Source of the DNA: Stegostoma tigrinum
Lineage: Eukaryota
DNA length: 64,000 nt
Direction: 5' to 3'
Assembly: GCF_030684315.1 (NCBI RefSeq)
Contig: NC_081361.1
Span: 5,853,014 to 5,917,013, forward strand
A program made the translations under genes and the position numbers. Within the stretch, counting starts at the first letter, position 1. The number at the start of each line of letters is the position of its first letter. A model generated the notes under the pieces. The model saw only the letters and a list, made by a program, of their open reading frames with translations, did no database searches and was not told where the DNA came from. Below are positions 50,224 to 64,000 of the stretch, piece after piece.

Positions 50224-51257
50224 TTATTATTGCTCTTGTCTCCTCACTGATGCATGTGCACAATTACTAAGGTTCAAGTTATCAGACTGCACTGTCCATC
50301 TGAATCCCCTACAAGAGGAAACATTCCCTTGGTATCCATCTGTCACATCCTTTCAGGGTCTCAGTTAGCCCAGCAAATCTGTGGTGGGAGAAACAGAGTT
50401 AAGTGCTTCGAGTTGGGTGTGACTTCTGAAACCTCAACTCTGCTTCTATCTCCCCAGATGCCACCAGACTTGCTGAGTTTCTCCAGCATTCCTGGTTTTT
50501 TGTTCTGATTCCCAGGATCTACAGTCTCTTGTTTTTATCCCTCATAATTCTGTCTTCATAAGATCACCTCTCATTTCTAAACTCCAATTGTACAGCATTT
50601 CCAACCTTTCCTCAGAGGAACGAACACACACATGTGCCCTAGGGAGTGATCACACTAGAAAGGGGGAATGGAGATAAGCTGATGATTGCTGGACAAGTTG
50701 TTTATTTCTGGGTATAAAAAGCTGTAACTCATGCTCATGAATCAGGGTGAGTTCGGTATTCCTGTGTGTCTACTGAGAACTCCTCTCCCTGCATTTACCA
50801 GTAACTGCTTGTAATAAATCATTTGATTCACTTAAACAAACTCCTCAGAGTTGTTACTGCCACCAAAATGGTCACTCCTACACATTTGTCTCTGAGCTGT
50901 TTTCCGACACACACACACACATTAAGATTTAGGAGTTGAAATAGGCCATTTAGCTAATCAAGTCTATTTCACGATTCAATGAGATGATGGCTGATCTGAT
51001 AAGGGTCTGATCTGAAGAAGGGTCACCAGACCCGATATGTTAATTCTGTTTTCTCCTCCACAAATGCTGCCAGACCTGCTGAGCTTTTCCAGCAACTTTG
51101 TTTTTGTTCCTGATAATCTTCAACTCCACTTTCCTCTCTCTTCCCCACAATCCTTGATATCCTTTCTTAAATGAGATCAAAATGACACACAGCTTTCCAG
51201 ATGGAGCCACATCAACATTCCTTTGCAGTAAGCACCAATACACTATCCATCATTCCC

Positions 51258-51605
51258 AGGCAGCACAGTGGCTCAGTAGTTAACGCTGCTGCCTCACAGT
51301 GCCAGGGACCCAGGTTCAATTCCATCTTCGGGGTGACTGTGTGGAGTGTGCACATTCTGCTGGTGTCAGCGTGGGTTTCCTCCAAGTGCTCCGGTTTCCT
51401 CCCACAGTCCTAATATGTGCATATTAGGTGGATTGAATGGTCATCTTAGACTGTCCATAAAGTCCAGGGATGTGCAGGCTAGATGGATTAGCGGTGGGAA
51501 ATGCAGGGGTACAGGGATAGGGGTATGGGTCTGAGTGAAATGCTCTTCAGAAGGTCGGTGTAGACTTGATAGCGAAATGGCCTGCTTCCACATTGTAGGG
51601 ATTCT
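51258..51605 (+). mobile_element. V-SINE (HE1-like); partial copies also at 44418-44640 (+), 42375-42550 (+), 41610-41790 (-)
   Basis: Same tRNA head and V core as 23577-23895. Confidence 0.85.
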
Positions 51606-52653
51606 TTGACCTTCCTAATCATTTGCACAGTGACTTTGTGATTCATGTATCAGGACACCAAGATCTGTCTGTACCTGTCTGCACAAAAGGGGATAAAAAT
51701 AAAACAGCGTCTGTGTGTTAGTCAGAGGGTAGGACTTGACAAGAGGACATTTGCTAAAGGGAGCTGTGGCTGGGAGAGAAGCTTAGGACAGAGCAGCTGA
51801 TACTTTCCAGTGAGTTACTGGTCAACAAGCAGTTGTGGTAAGTGAGGGATTTGTGCTGTGCAACAGGTACAGGCATCAAGAGGAAGCGACAGTAAAATGC
51901 CTTTGCTCAGAAGCTGCTTTTAGCAGACATCTGTCCGCAGGGACTGCGGTCACAGCAGCTAAGGTAGGCTGGGAACTTTCAACTCGAATGTCTTAAAGCT
52001 GCAACAGAGTTTCACATGAAAATTAAACTGAAGATGAAATCTCAGAGTGTGCCATCAATCAAAAAACTGAGATCAGAAGTGCCAGGAGCCACAGTGAGAC
52101 AGAACTGACCTGCAGCAAACTGGTTTAACAGGCCACGTCAAGAGGAAAGAGAGATATCTATCTTCTATGTCCCATAAATCTTGTTCATTTACATTCGAAA
52201 TTGCTGCTTGCCCTGTCTGCAAGGAAAGTTATTCCCCCATTAAGAATCTTCTTCCTCTTGGCTTCAGTCTAGAGTTTAAATCCCAATGCATCCAGCATGG
52301 TGAGGGTAGAGGTAGGAAGAGACAGGGAGGAATTCTCAGGACCACCCAGAAATTAAGCTGCATTACTTGTTGCCCCATACCATCCACTCAGGGCTGGCAG
52401 ATGGACTGCGGTACATTGGTCCACACCACGGGTTCTCCAGCTTTCCTTGTCAGAATCTACCAGGAAGCCGTGCCCCAGCGGTGTGCAGCTGCTCTAGGAT
52501 GGTCACCCCCCCCCCCCCCCCCCCACTGACATTAGGAAAGGAATGAGAGATAAACCCCACACTCAGACCCTGAAACACCCAGCCACCCGACACAGCATTC
52601 AGTTCAACACAATCTGCTCAGTGTCCACCTCCCAGGAAACGTGCAGCAGGTCA

Positions 52654-52839
<186 letters not shown>

Positions 52840-52849
52840 TCACCCACTA

Positions 52850-53023
<174 letters not shown>

Positions 53024-53566
53024 TCACTCCAAGCTTCCGGACAGTATGATTGGGCACTTTTCCCCAATCTCAGGGGCTGGAGGAGGGGGAGCACATCTTG
53101 CTTTTGAGATAGAACTGCACTGAATTGCACAGCTGGCCATCCAGTCAGTGAGTACAGTATGCAGTATGACTGATCAAATATAGGCCTTTTTGTTGGGGGA
53201 TACAGCATGACCAGCCTGGGCTCTCTGCTCCCAACCACAATGTTGTAGGTTCAAGTCCCAAGTCAGAGTTTTGAGAATGGTGTTGAACTCTGACACTGTA
53301 GTGCACACAGCGAGGGGATTGCTGCACTGTCATCATACGGACTATCTTTTGCATGAGCCGTTAACCCTGTAGCCCCAGCCACCCTCTCAAATGTTTGGAA
53401 ATCTTGCCCTGGGACAAATTTTGAAGAGCAGGGAAGATATCCACTTGCTAAGTGTCACTTGTTTCTCACACCTCACCTTTCCCATGTTACAATTGTGGTA
53501 ACATTTCAAAAAGACCAAATTTGCTGACAACCAGGCTGAAATACCCGGAGGTTGTGAAAGGTACTA

Positions 53567-53755
<189 letters not shown>

Positions 53756-56700
53756 TCAAACCCACACAGATCCACTCACTCAACCAGTGGGTAATAGATT
53801 AACCTGCTGAATGCTGCAAAGTCTCCAGTCACAGGCTCAGAACCAGGCTCTCCTCATTCACCCCATCCACCATCATCCAGGGGTCTCCCCCTCACTCCCC
53901 AGTCATGGAGCTGGAGCCTGGGCCTGGGTCTCCCCCTGTTTCCACCCCACTCTCCATGTAACAAAGTCTGCGAGCAAGTCATGAAGTAACTCTCCGAGCC
54001 TCAAATGTGCCAAAACTGGACAACAAGGAAAGTCCTGGCTGGAGGAGTGTGGTGACATGCTGCATTACATTGTCTCAAGGACGCAGTTCAATATTGAATA
54101 GAACCAGCAGGAAAGGCCTGGACAATCAAGGCTCTGGGCTAGAAGCAAATAGGAATGGGACACAATACAGGCAGATGCACAGAGACATACAATCACAAAG
54201 AGAAGACAAAACTATAAGTGAAACACTGATACACAACAGATGGAGTTTAATGTAGGAAAGTGAGAGTGGTAGGAATAATAAAAAAGCAGGTTATTATTTA
54301 AATGGGGAGTGATTCCAACATGATGTAGTGCATAAGGTTCCGGGTGTTCTTGTGCATGAAACGCAAAAAGTTAGTGCAGCTGCAGCAAGTAATTTAGAAA
54401 GTAAATGGAATTTTAGTGCTAATTGCCAGGAGCTGGAATTTAAAAATAGAGAAGTCTTGTTCTAACTGTACACGGTGTTAGTGAGTCTGCATTGGGAGTA
54501 CTGTGTACAATTTTTGGTCCCCGCATTTAAGAAAGGATGGACTGGCATTGGGAGCCTCCTTCTGCTCCTATTTCTCATGTCCTTGCGTGCTTCAGTGTCA
54601 TTCCCTCACTGGTTTGGAGCTTGCCTGCAGTAACAGCCTCCAGTCTCTGGGTGGTGCTGCTGCCAAAAGATCTGCCTTGTCCAGGCTGTCACAGTTCTTA
54701 CAGTATAACAAAGCCTAGACTTCAGAAGTATTTCAGTGACTGTAAAACATCTTCAAACATCCTCAGCTCACGAATGGTGTAACAGAAATACAGTTGTCTG
54801 ATTTTTCCCCTCTCCATACCTTCCTGCCTGTTCCCTCGCAACATCCGTCCCTTGTTTAAAATCGAGAATGATTTATAAATGTCTGGGAGAACTGACTCTA
54901 TGGTAACATGGAGACAAATGACAAGCTCCTTGGTGGGCTTTGACTGTGAAGGTCAATAACAGTCTCACTGTGACTTGATCTGGGTTGTCTCCAGTCAGTC
55001 TGTGTTATTGTTCTGGGTCCAGACAATACTGACCAACCTTAGACTCTGTGATCTGATTGAGATGAAGGGTGAGCTGTGCCAGGCTTTAACACACGGCTCA
55101 GTGTAGGAAAGCAGGGAATGGAACTAACAAACCAGCTTGGTGTGACACCCCCATCCCCACCCTGATAGAGAGAGGAGGACAGGAACCATAACATTCTTAG
55201 ACAACAGATGCTAAAAATGGTAACCCACAGAAAGGGGGAACAATGTTTCCTGTAGCAGTAGATCCACTGAAGGTCAGGCTTTTGTTTGGAGTTTGCCCAG
55301 GTTTCTATCCAGCATGACTGACCAGTGCTGCTCCTATTGGGCTAAACCATCACTCACCAGGGATTCTGACACACACTTTCTCTTTGTGCTGACAAAGGAA
55401 CAGATTTGCTTTCACTGCGCTGATGGCCAAAGAAATGGGTCAGTGGGGGTAGTTCTGGCTGAGCATAATGTTCTGATGTTCGTGATGGGATTAACCTCGA
55501 CAGTTCCCAGGTGCCTTTACGGTGACAGTGGAACAGCAAGTCACCATGCAGTGGTCTCCTGGCTCACACTGAGAAACCAAGTTGATGGTATAACTGCAGA
55601 GGGCAAGACAATGGCTGAAAGTCACCGAACAACAAGAGGCTTCAGCCAGCAACTGTATCCCAGGCAAATGGTGTGTTGTGTAAACTCTCAGTATCTCAGG
55701 GAACATTCATTGACAAACACAATGACTGAGCTACAAAGCAGAGTAGGATATTTTTATTACAAATTAGCATTCCAAAAATAAACTCCAAAACACAATATTT
55801 ACAAAACCTGGGTGCAATCTAATTTCAAATGTAGCTGCAAAGACTACAGCATTTTCTTTGAAAGCTACACAACACTGGAATGAGAATTCAAACACCCACC
55901 TAATCCATCACACGGTGCTGAAGATGTACTATCCTCACCAAAACACGCTTGCAAACTTCTTCATTACACATGAGGGGAGAGGAACATTGAAAACTGTAAT
56001 ATCACAAGTGGTGGTCCATGAAAAACTAAGACCATGATTTTAAATGATCCCAGCCATATACAACACTGATGTATTTACATCATTAGCTTGTCAAACAATT
56101 TTAAAAAGTCTGATCAGAAAGAAAAATGTGCAGATTGGAGAACAAGCACGTACATCTGGTCCTGAGGCTGGAGCCCAAGCTACAACACACCAGCCTCACT
56201 TCACACAAACCTTCACCTAGTGCAGGGGCATGATGACTGGCCATCAATTCCTCTGGGATTGGGATGGAGCGAGGGAACAGCGCCAATTGTAGAAAAGTCA
56301 ATAAGGAGTAAAGCCAAATGGACAAAGTTTCAGGTTTAGAGGAAGAAATATACTTGGTGCCTCTCAATACTGGCATGATCTATATGTATCACAGAATGGA
56401 CAAAACAGCACACTGTGAAAACAATTAAAAGTCACTAAGTACTTTTTTTCAGAAATATTGAGTTATCATAGGGAACATTTTCATTGTAATAGGAAAAGTA
56501 AAGCTGTACTCTCTCTCTCTGCACATCTACAAATGGAACACATTAGATCCTAGCAGAGCCACGGTCTATTTGTGCTGTTCAGGGACAGAGAAACAGCAGC
56601 CCTCTAGTGATCGAGAGCTTTCACTGCTGCTGAGGTTGATGGGTAAAGTCCCCTGCCATTAGCACCCAAAAGATCAGGAGCCAATTCAGTGGGTTCCAGT

Positions 56701-57139
56701 GGGAATGAGCTATCAGTTGCTGTGACTTGGCTCCCCAGTCAGGCAATCAGGCCACCTAGAGTACATTCCGCAGTAGTTCTGTAACCCATTATTGTCCTGA
56801 GCAAATGAAAATTGAACTACAGCCTTGATAGCGTTTTTGGGTTGAGAGTCCCAGATATCTATTATATTTTGTCAAAAGGAGTTCTTCATAAAATCATTTC
56901 CAATTCTAATTTTATCCACCCTCTTGTTCTGAAGTCTGGCACTGCAGAAAACAGTTTCATCAACACTGTTAATCATTTCCAGGGAAAGGCCTCATTTATG
57001 CAGCCAGTTCTCCCTCATTAACAGTTTCTGATCTTAAGGTGACATGACAGGCTGAATACTGAGAGGATGGCTCTAGTTATAGGGCAGACAGGAACTAGGG
57101 GGCCAATTTAACACTAAGCAGTCTCCTGGTAAAAAAAAA

Positions 57140-58305
57140 TGGCGTTTGATAAGGTTCCCATGGCAGGCTGATGGAGAAAGTGAAGTCACATGGGGTCCAG
57201 GGAGTGCTAGCCAGATGGATAAAAAAACTGGCTAGACAACAGGAGACAGAGAGTAGTAATGGAAGGGGGTTTCTCAAATTGGATACCTGTGACCGGTGGT
57301 GTTCCACAGGGATCAGTGTGCTGGGACCACTGCTGTTTGTGACATACGTAAATGATTTGGAAGAAGGTATAGGTGGTCTGACTAGCAAGTTTGCGGATGA
57401 CACCAAGATTGGTGGAGTAGCAGACAGTGAAGGGGACTGTCAGAGATTATAGCAGAATATAGATAGATTGGAAGTTGAGCAGATAAATGGCAGATGGAGT
57501 TCAATCCGGGCAAATGCGAGGTGATGCAATTTGGAAGATCTAATTCAAGAGCGAACTATACATTAAATGGAAAAGGCCTGGGGAAAATTGATGTACAGAG
57601 AGATCTGAGCGTTCAGGTCCATTGTTCCCTGAAGGTGGCAACGCAGGTCAATAGAGTGGTCAAGAAGACATATGGCATGCTTTCCGTCATTGGACAGGAT
57701 ATTGAGTACAAGAGTTGGCAGGTCGTGTTACAGTTGTATAAGACTTTGGTTCGGCCACATTTGGAGTACTGCGTACAATTCTGGTCGTCACATTACCAAA
57801 AGGATGTGGATATTTTGGATAGGGTGCAGAGGAGGTTCACCAGGATGTTGCCTGGTATGGAGGGCGCTAGCTATGAAGAAAGGTTGAGTAGATTAGGATT
57901 ATTTTCATTAGAAAGATGGAGATTGAGGGGGGACCCGATTGAGGTCTACAAAATCATGAGGGGTACAGACAAGGTGGATAGCAAGAAGCTTTTTCCCAGT
58001 TTGGGGGACTCAATTACTAGGGGTCATGAGTTCAAAGTGAGAGGAGGCCAGTTCATGGGAGATATGTGTGGAAAGTTCTTTAAGTAGAGGGTGGTGGGCG
58101 CCTGGAACGCGTTGCCAGCGGAGGTGGTAGACGCAAACATGATAGTGTTTTTTAAGATGTATCTGGATAGGTACATGGATGGGTAGGGAGGAAAGGGATA
58201 CAGACCCATGGAAAATAGATGACAGGTTTAGACAGAGGATCTTGATCAGAGCAGACTTGGAGGGCCGAAGGGCCTGTTCCTGTGCTGTAATTTTCTTTGT
58301 TCTTT
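57140..58305 (+). mobile_element. 5'-truncated CR1 LINE in the RABGAP1L intron
   Basis: FDKVPHGRL, KFADDTK, LVRPHLEYCVQFWS; tail ttctttgttcttt. Confidence 0.9.
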
Positions 58306-61300
58306 GAGATGTTCTCTTGTGGAGCGTTCACAGTCTGTGGAATTCTCTTAACATGGGAATGGAGGTGGAGTCATTGAGTTTATTCAAGGTTGAATTGGAC
58401 AGATTATTGATGAACAAGGCAGTTAAAGATAATTTTGCAGGGGGGGGGGGGTTTGTGGGGAAGCCAGAAGTGCAGCTGAGACCACAACCAGATCAGCGGT
58501 GATCTTCTTCATTGGCGGAGCAGGTTACAAAAGGCCTGCTCCTGCTCCTGGCTCCACTGTCTGGCAGAGACTGCAGCAATCCTGGCTTCCATCTTCCCTT
58601 TGTCACTTACTGACAAAAATATAATTTCAAATTAACTTTATTTTCTTTAACTAGACCAACTCAACTCTGGTTACATTATTTTTCTCAGCTCACTTTTTAT
58701 CTCAGCAAAGTTTAGAAACATGTGTTTTGTCTAACATTGGAGAGAAGACAGACACAAGACAGAATGAGGCCTCAGAGAACACAGAGAGCTTTCACTCTGC
58801 ACAGTAAAGCTGTCACAGGAAGCATTTGGTGAAATGCTTGTAGTGGGGTGAAGGGGAGAGAGTCACGGGAAGGAGAGACCTTCTGGTTCAAAATCAAAGC
58901 TCTTGCCATTGTCGAATAAATTAACGTGGCAGGATTAGAGAGCCTTAACAGCAAGAGTGTGGTGGCTCAAGAACTAAAAGGCAAGCAGCAAAGAGTTGCA
59001 TTATTCCTTCTCAAGGTGGGAATGCCATTGACAAGCCTCAAATTTATTGTCAATCTCAAGCTGCTCGGACTGAGTTCTGTGATGAGCCAGATCATGGGGC
59101 CATTAACAATGAATCATGTCACTGTGGGACTGGAGTCAAAGACTGGGTGATGACTGGGTTCCCTGGCCCAAAGAACATTAGTGAATGTGACATTTGAGTT
59201 TCATGGTTTGTTTGCACAGATCCCAGCGCCTTCCTTCCCAGATATTCTGTGGCTCAATGCCACCCTCTCCAGGGCAATTAGGGAAGTACAACAAATAGCA
59301 GACACGTCAATGCCCGCCCCATCTCAGCAGAAATCAAAATAAATGAGCTACAATTCAAATGATCAAACTGGTGAAACTTGAATTCATCTCTTTGAAAGGC
59401 TGAAGGCTAGGCCAGAAATAGAAGGGTCCTGAGCTGAAATGTCTGCATTCCTGCTCCTCTGATGCTGCCTGGCCTGCTGTGTTCCTCCAGCTCCAAACTG
59501 TGTTATCTATGACATGGGTGAACCGACTTTGTCAGACTGCAAGGTGTAGTGCCCTTCAGATTGACACTGGCATCAGGCACAAAACAAATTACACCCAAAG
59601 ACCTAACAAACAGCTATCAAAGCGTGTCACCAAACTGCAAAGAACAGCATTTGAGGCTCTGTGCCCTCAATTCCCTTCCCCCTTCTCAGGTGGATCTGTA
59701 AGATCCCATTTAGAAGGGAGTCCCCTTGTGTCCTGCTCAATATTCAGCTAGTGCCATCAAAACAGGTTTGCCCAGTCATTCATTTGCTGTTTGTGGGACC
59801 TCACCAACTTGTCCATGTGAACATGGCTACACTGTGCACACAGCTTTGAATATCCTGAGACAATAAAGACTGTATGAACATGAGCTCTTTCTTCATTACT
59901 ATGGAAAAGGGGAGCAATAAGCAAAGTGAAAATGCACACTGAGCACAAACACTGAAGCTACAGCTGAAAGACTTTTTGCACCATGTTAACCTGTGCCCTG
60001 GGCATTTCCTTCCAATATCCGAAGTGTTTATCAGGCTGGGATGGAGGCTGGAAGATCACATGGAATCCTTCGAACAAGGTACACAAGAGCACAGTGCAGG
60101 CTTGCTGCAAACATTGGCCTCCCTTCCATTGAAGTGCTGGGAGCTTCTCTGTGGCGGTTTCACATACACAACCTCCGTGGAAATATCACAGACTTTACTG
60201 AAATGAAATGAACTGAAAGAAGAGAAGGAAATGGGAAGAATTAACCAGACAATGATGAGCATCAAGAGAGGTGGGGAGTGTGCAGAAGATCCAGTGCCAC
60301 TAAAAAATCCAACTGGATTTCACAGGGAAAGCTCAAATGTTTACAAGGATTTAACAGAGACAGTACTGTGACCATTGCTCCCTCAATACATTTGGAAATT
60401 GCAAATGAAATTGCATGAATATCATCAGGTATAGGAAATGAAATGTCACCTTCTCAAGGATAATGCAGGATAGGTGGTCAAAGTTAGTCTTGTCAGCAAC
60501 ACTCATCCCAAGAACTAATGAAAATCTATTCACTCCCTCCTATTTCTAACCAATTAAAGGGAGATGCAGAAGTGTCAGCCTTAATCGTGGGGGCACAGCA
60601 GTAACATCACCAAACTAGTCGTCGCGAGCACCAGACAAATGCTCTGGGGACACACGTTCAAATCCAACCATTGGCAGCAGGGGAATTGTAGTCCATGGAT
60701 AAATCTGGAATTGACTGCTCCCCAGAGTATTGGTCAGCATGATGGTAACATCATCAATGGGCATAAAACACATGTGGTTTACTAATGTCCTTCAGTGAAG
60801 GATATACTGAGAAGATTTTACCAGGATGTTGTCTGGGCTGGAGTGTTTCACGTATGGAGAGAGACTGGGCAGTCTGGAGCAGTTTTCCTAGGAGCAGAGG
60901 AGGTTAAGACAGGACATGACTGAGATATATAAAATTAGGAAGGGTGTGGAAAAGGGTGACAGGAATATGGAACTCGCTGTCTTTAAGTGTGGTGGAGGCA
61001 CAAACTATCATAACATTGAAGACGTATTTAGATGTGCACTTGAGATGCCAAGGTATACAATGCTATGGGCCAAGAGCTGGAACATGGGATGAGAAGAGTG
61101 AGTCGTTATTTCAAAAAACCAAAAGAAATGCAGATGCTGTAAATCAGGAACAAAAACAGAAGTTGCTGAAAAAGCTCAGCAGGTCTGGCAGTATGTGAAG
61201 AAAAATCAGAGTTAATGTTCTGGGTCCATTGTCCCTTCCTCATTGTGTGAGTGATTATTTTTGACCGGGTCAGTCTCATTGGGCTGAAGGGCCTTGCTCT

Positions 61301-63284
61301 TGTGGACCCTCTGTAGATGTCTGACTCTACCAGGACTCAGAGCCACAGCAATGTGGCTGACCCTTACTTACCATTTACAAAGGCCCAGCAAGGCGCTCAG
61401 TTCCAGGGCAGTTAGAGATGGAGAACAAATGCTGGTCTTACCAGTGACACCACATCTCAGGAAAAAATAAAGGGGCTCAGTGGATAGCATCTTCCCCTGA
61501 ACTTGCAGGCTTCAAGCCCCAATCCAGACCCTGGAACACTATCTTGAGCAAAGGGGAAGATGCCAGCCTGCCAGATGATCGGTGAAACCACTGGCCTCTC
61601 AGATTGACAGAAATATAAGGGCTTTGTGATCGTCTCAGGGACAATCTCCCCAGCGTGCTGGCCAATGTTTCTTTCATTACCAATTGCATTAAAACAGATG
61701 CAAAATCAAAATACCACAGATCTGCAGTAAAAACAAGATGCAGCAGAAAGGCAGCAGGTGCAGCCTCTGTGGGTCAGGGGAGTGAATGCTTTGGGTTCAG
61801 TGTTTTGTGAAAAAGGCAAACCTTGAAACCGTAAATCTCTTTCTCTCTCACCACACACTGTGGCCTGTCAAATTAGTGGCTGTTTCCAACATTACAGCCA
61901 CCACACAAGAACTATCAAAATTAGTTGTAACATGCTTCAGGACTTTGCAAGGTTCTGAAAGTTGTTTTACATTATGCAAGTAATTTGTCTTTTTCTTTAA
62001 AAAGAAATACAAACCCAAATCTAGGTTTCTGGGCAGTTTATACCTTCTTAACCAGACTCAGTACCTTTGGAGAAACCTGGCATCAGGTTTCTGTGGAAGT
62101 TACAGAGGCCAGCCAGAAAGTTGCTGGCACAGGCCTATGTTAACTATATATTTTCGTCCCACGACACAGACAGGTTTTTTCTTGAATTCCCTAAGGGTGG
62201 CACCAAGATGAGCCCAATCTCGATTCTCTACTGGCTTCACTCATCCACAATACAATGACAGCAGTACGTTCAATTAAATACAGGAAGCAAATCTCTCAAC
62301 TCTTCGTCTATAACAGACCAGGAGATGAGAAAATCTGAGTGATGGATAGCTTTGGAAACCACAAGCCCCAAATTTACTATCTCCCCACTCCAGCATTTAA
62401 GGTCTCTCATGGCTCGGTGGTAGTGTTCCTACCTCCTGGACCAGAAGGCCTGAATTCGAGTCCTACCTGCTCCAGAGGTATGGAACAACATCTCTGAACA
62501 GGTTAATTGGAAAATATCCTTTACAGTGTCAAGTCTCAAGATATGGCTGAAATGTCTCTCTTTTGAATGAAATCTCATGAGTTTTTGAATTTAACGAATA
62601 CCAATTGCTTCACCCAGGAAATGGACTTCCTTGGATTGACGACTCACTCATGTTATACTTCTGAAGATTTAAATTTAAAAATGCCTGTTTCTGTTGTTCT
62701 GGAGCAACATGCTCAACTATTTTCTAGCTCTTGGGATTTCCACATGCAATGTCATGGTGCTAGGAAAAAGTGATTAGCCTAGACTGTAGCATAGAAATGG
62801 CAAGTGAAAACTAATCTTGCCAACCTCCTGGACATCAAAAGACCAGATGCATGAGTTTATAATGAAAAGTGCCTAGTGAATTACTGGACTGTGTGATTGC
62901 CTGGACAAGGTGAAAAGCCCACTTTGAAGGGGAAAAGGAATTTGGGAAATGCCTCACTGACCTGCTCGTGGTAATTGAAACTGGTCCTGTGTGATGCATG
63001 GTCAAGGACTGTAGGCCCCACCTAACTCAGAGACTGATCCCAAACATGGCTGACTGGTCCACCCTTCACTGCAGTCCCATGCAGGCCCTTTCCCACAGCC
63101 TCACCAAGCTCGGCCCGAGTGGCTAATCCGTCTCACAGATCCCAGATGCGCAAACATTGACACATTAGTCAGTCACTGGCATGTAGTAGCAACCCCCATC
63201 CCCTGCAGTCAATGCACTTCCAACACCACTCCTCATCACAGGTCAGCTTCAAGAAATCTCACTCTGCTGGGATACTTCCCCTAC

Positions 63285-63377
63285 CTTATATCTGTCAATT
63301 GGGTCTTCCTGCTGTGCCTGCTGCTCTCTCAGGGTTTGGTACTCCTTCTCATATTTCTTCAGCTTTTTTGCTGGCAC
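63285..63377 (-). CDS. RABGAP1L: RABGAP1L-like exon: VPAKKLKKYEKEYQTLREQQAQQEDPIDRYK
   Basis: 93 nt, AG/GT bounded, phase 0; matches my recollection of RABGAP1L VPTKKLKKYEKEYQTMRESQLQQEDPMDRYK. Upstream exons lie beyond the window. Confidence 0.9.
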
Positions 63378-64000
63378 CTGGAGAGATTGAAGGAGAAAGA
63401 CATATTAGCAAAAACTGCAGACAGCTCTCCACAAGTGTTGATGTTGAGTAAGTCAACTCCAAGCTCAGCCTGCAGGTGGCAGTGTTACTTCTGCTGTTAC
63501 GAGCTCAACTCTCACAACCAAGACTTAAGACAGGGACAGAGATACTGGCAATTAAGCAGTGATGGCCAGGGGTGGAGAAGCTGCTTTACTCAGTGAGGCA
63601 GGAGGAATGGGAAGGGAGCTGCAAGTTGCAACAAAACAAACATCACAGAAAGCAGTCCACGTCCGTTAGACCTCAAGCCTGTTCCAATATTAATGGAGAT
63701 CATGGATTATCCAGGTCTTAATTCCACCTAGTCCTGGTTTCACTCTACCATCACCTGCAAATGACCTTTCTCTCATTTGAATGTCATGCCCCATGAAACG
63801 CAATCAATCCTCTCAATCTATTCGCAGCAACTCCTTTTAGTTATCTTGAACATCAACCAGAAACATTGAAGAATATTAGGAGAAATACAAAGACAAATGA
63901 TCCAAGTATCATAAATCTAAATTTAAAAAACATGAGAAGCAAAAACACATGAAATGGCCAGAAGCTGGAAATCTAGAAGACAAACAGAAAGCTGTGGAGA

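Overview
Cartilaginous-fish (shark-type) genomic DNA. The window holds two unrearranged cluster-type immunoglobulin kappa light-chain (type III / NS4-like) loci arranged head-to-head as an old inverted duplication. Cluster A is on the - strand: leader 13599-13551, V 13364-13067 with a 12-RSS, J 12505-12471 with a 23-RSS. Its C exon is predicted just left of the window. Cluster B is on the + strand and complete: leader 38238-38286, V 38473-38753, J 39240-39274, C 45717-46021, polyA 46552. Cluster B keeps its promoter, RSSs and splice sites, but has in-frame shortenings in both V (net 6 aa) and C (about 8 aa) plus an extra Cys. The two arms share non-repeat blocks, including a candidate B-cell enhancer with PU.1-IRF (EICE), E-box, RUNX and MEF2-like motifs. 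The last 7 coding exons of a RABGAP1L-like gene lie on the - strand (63377 to 48495), converging on the kappa C gene. The remainder is mostly nested CR1 (HER1-type) LINEs, tRNA-derived SINEs, Penelope-like elements carrying hammerhead-ribozyme motifs, and a decayed Gmr1-like LTR retrotransposon near the inversion centre. There are three N gaps (16080-16229, 25146-25275, 49061-49286). All alignments were done by eye, and repeat boundaries are approximate.
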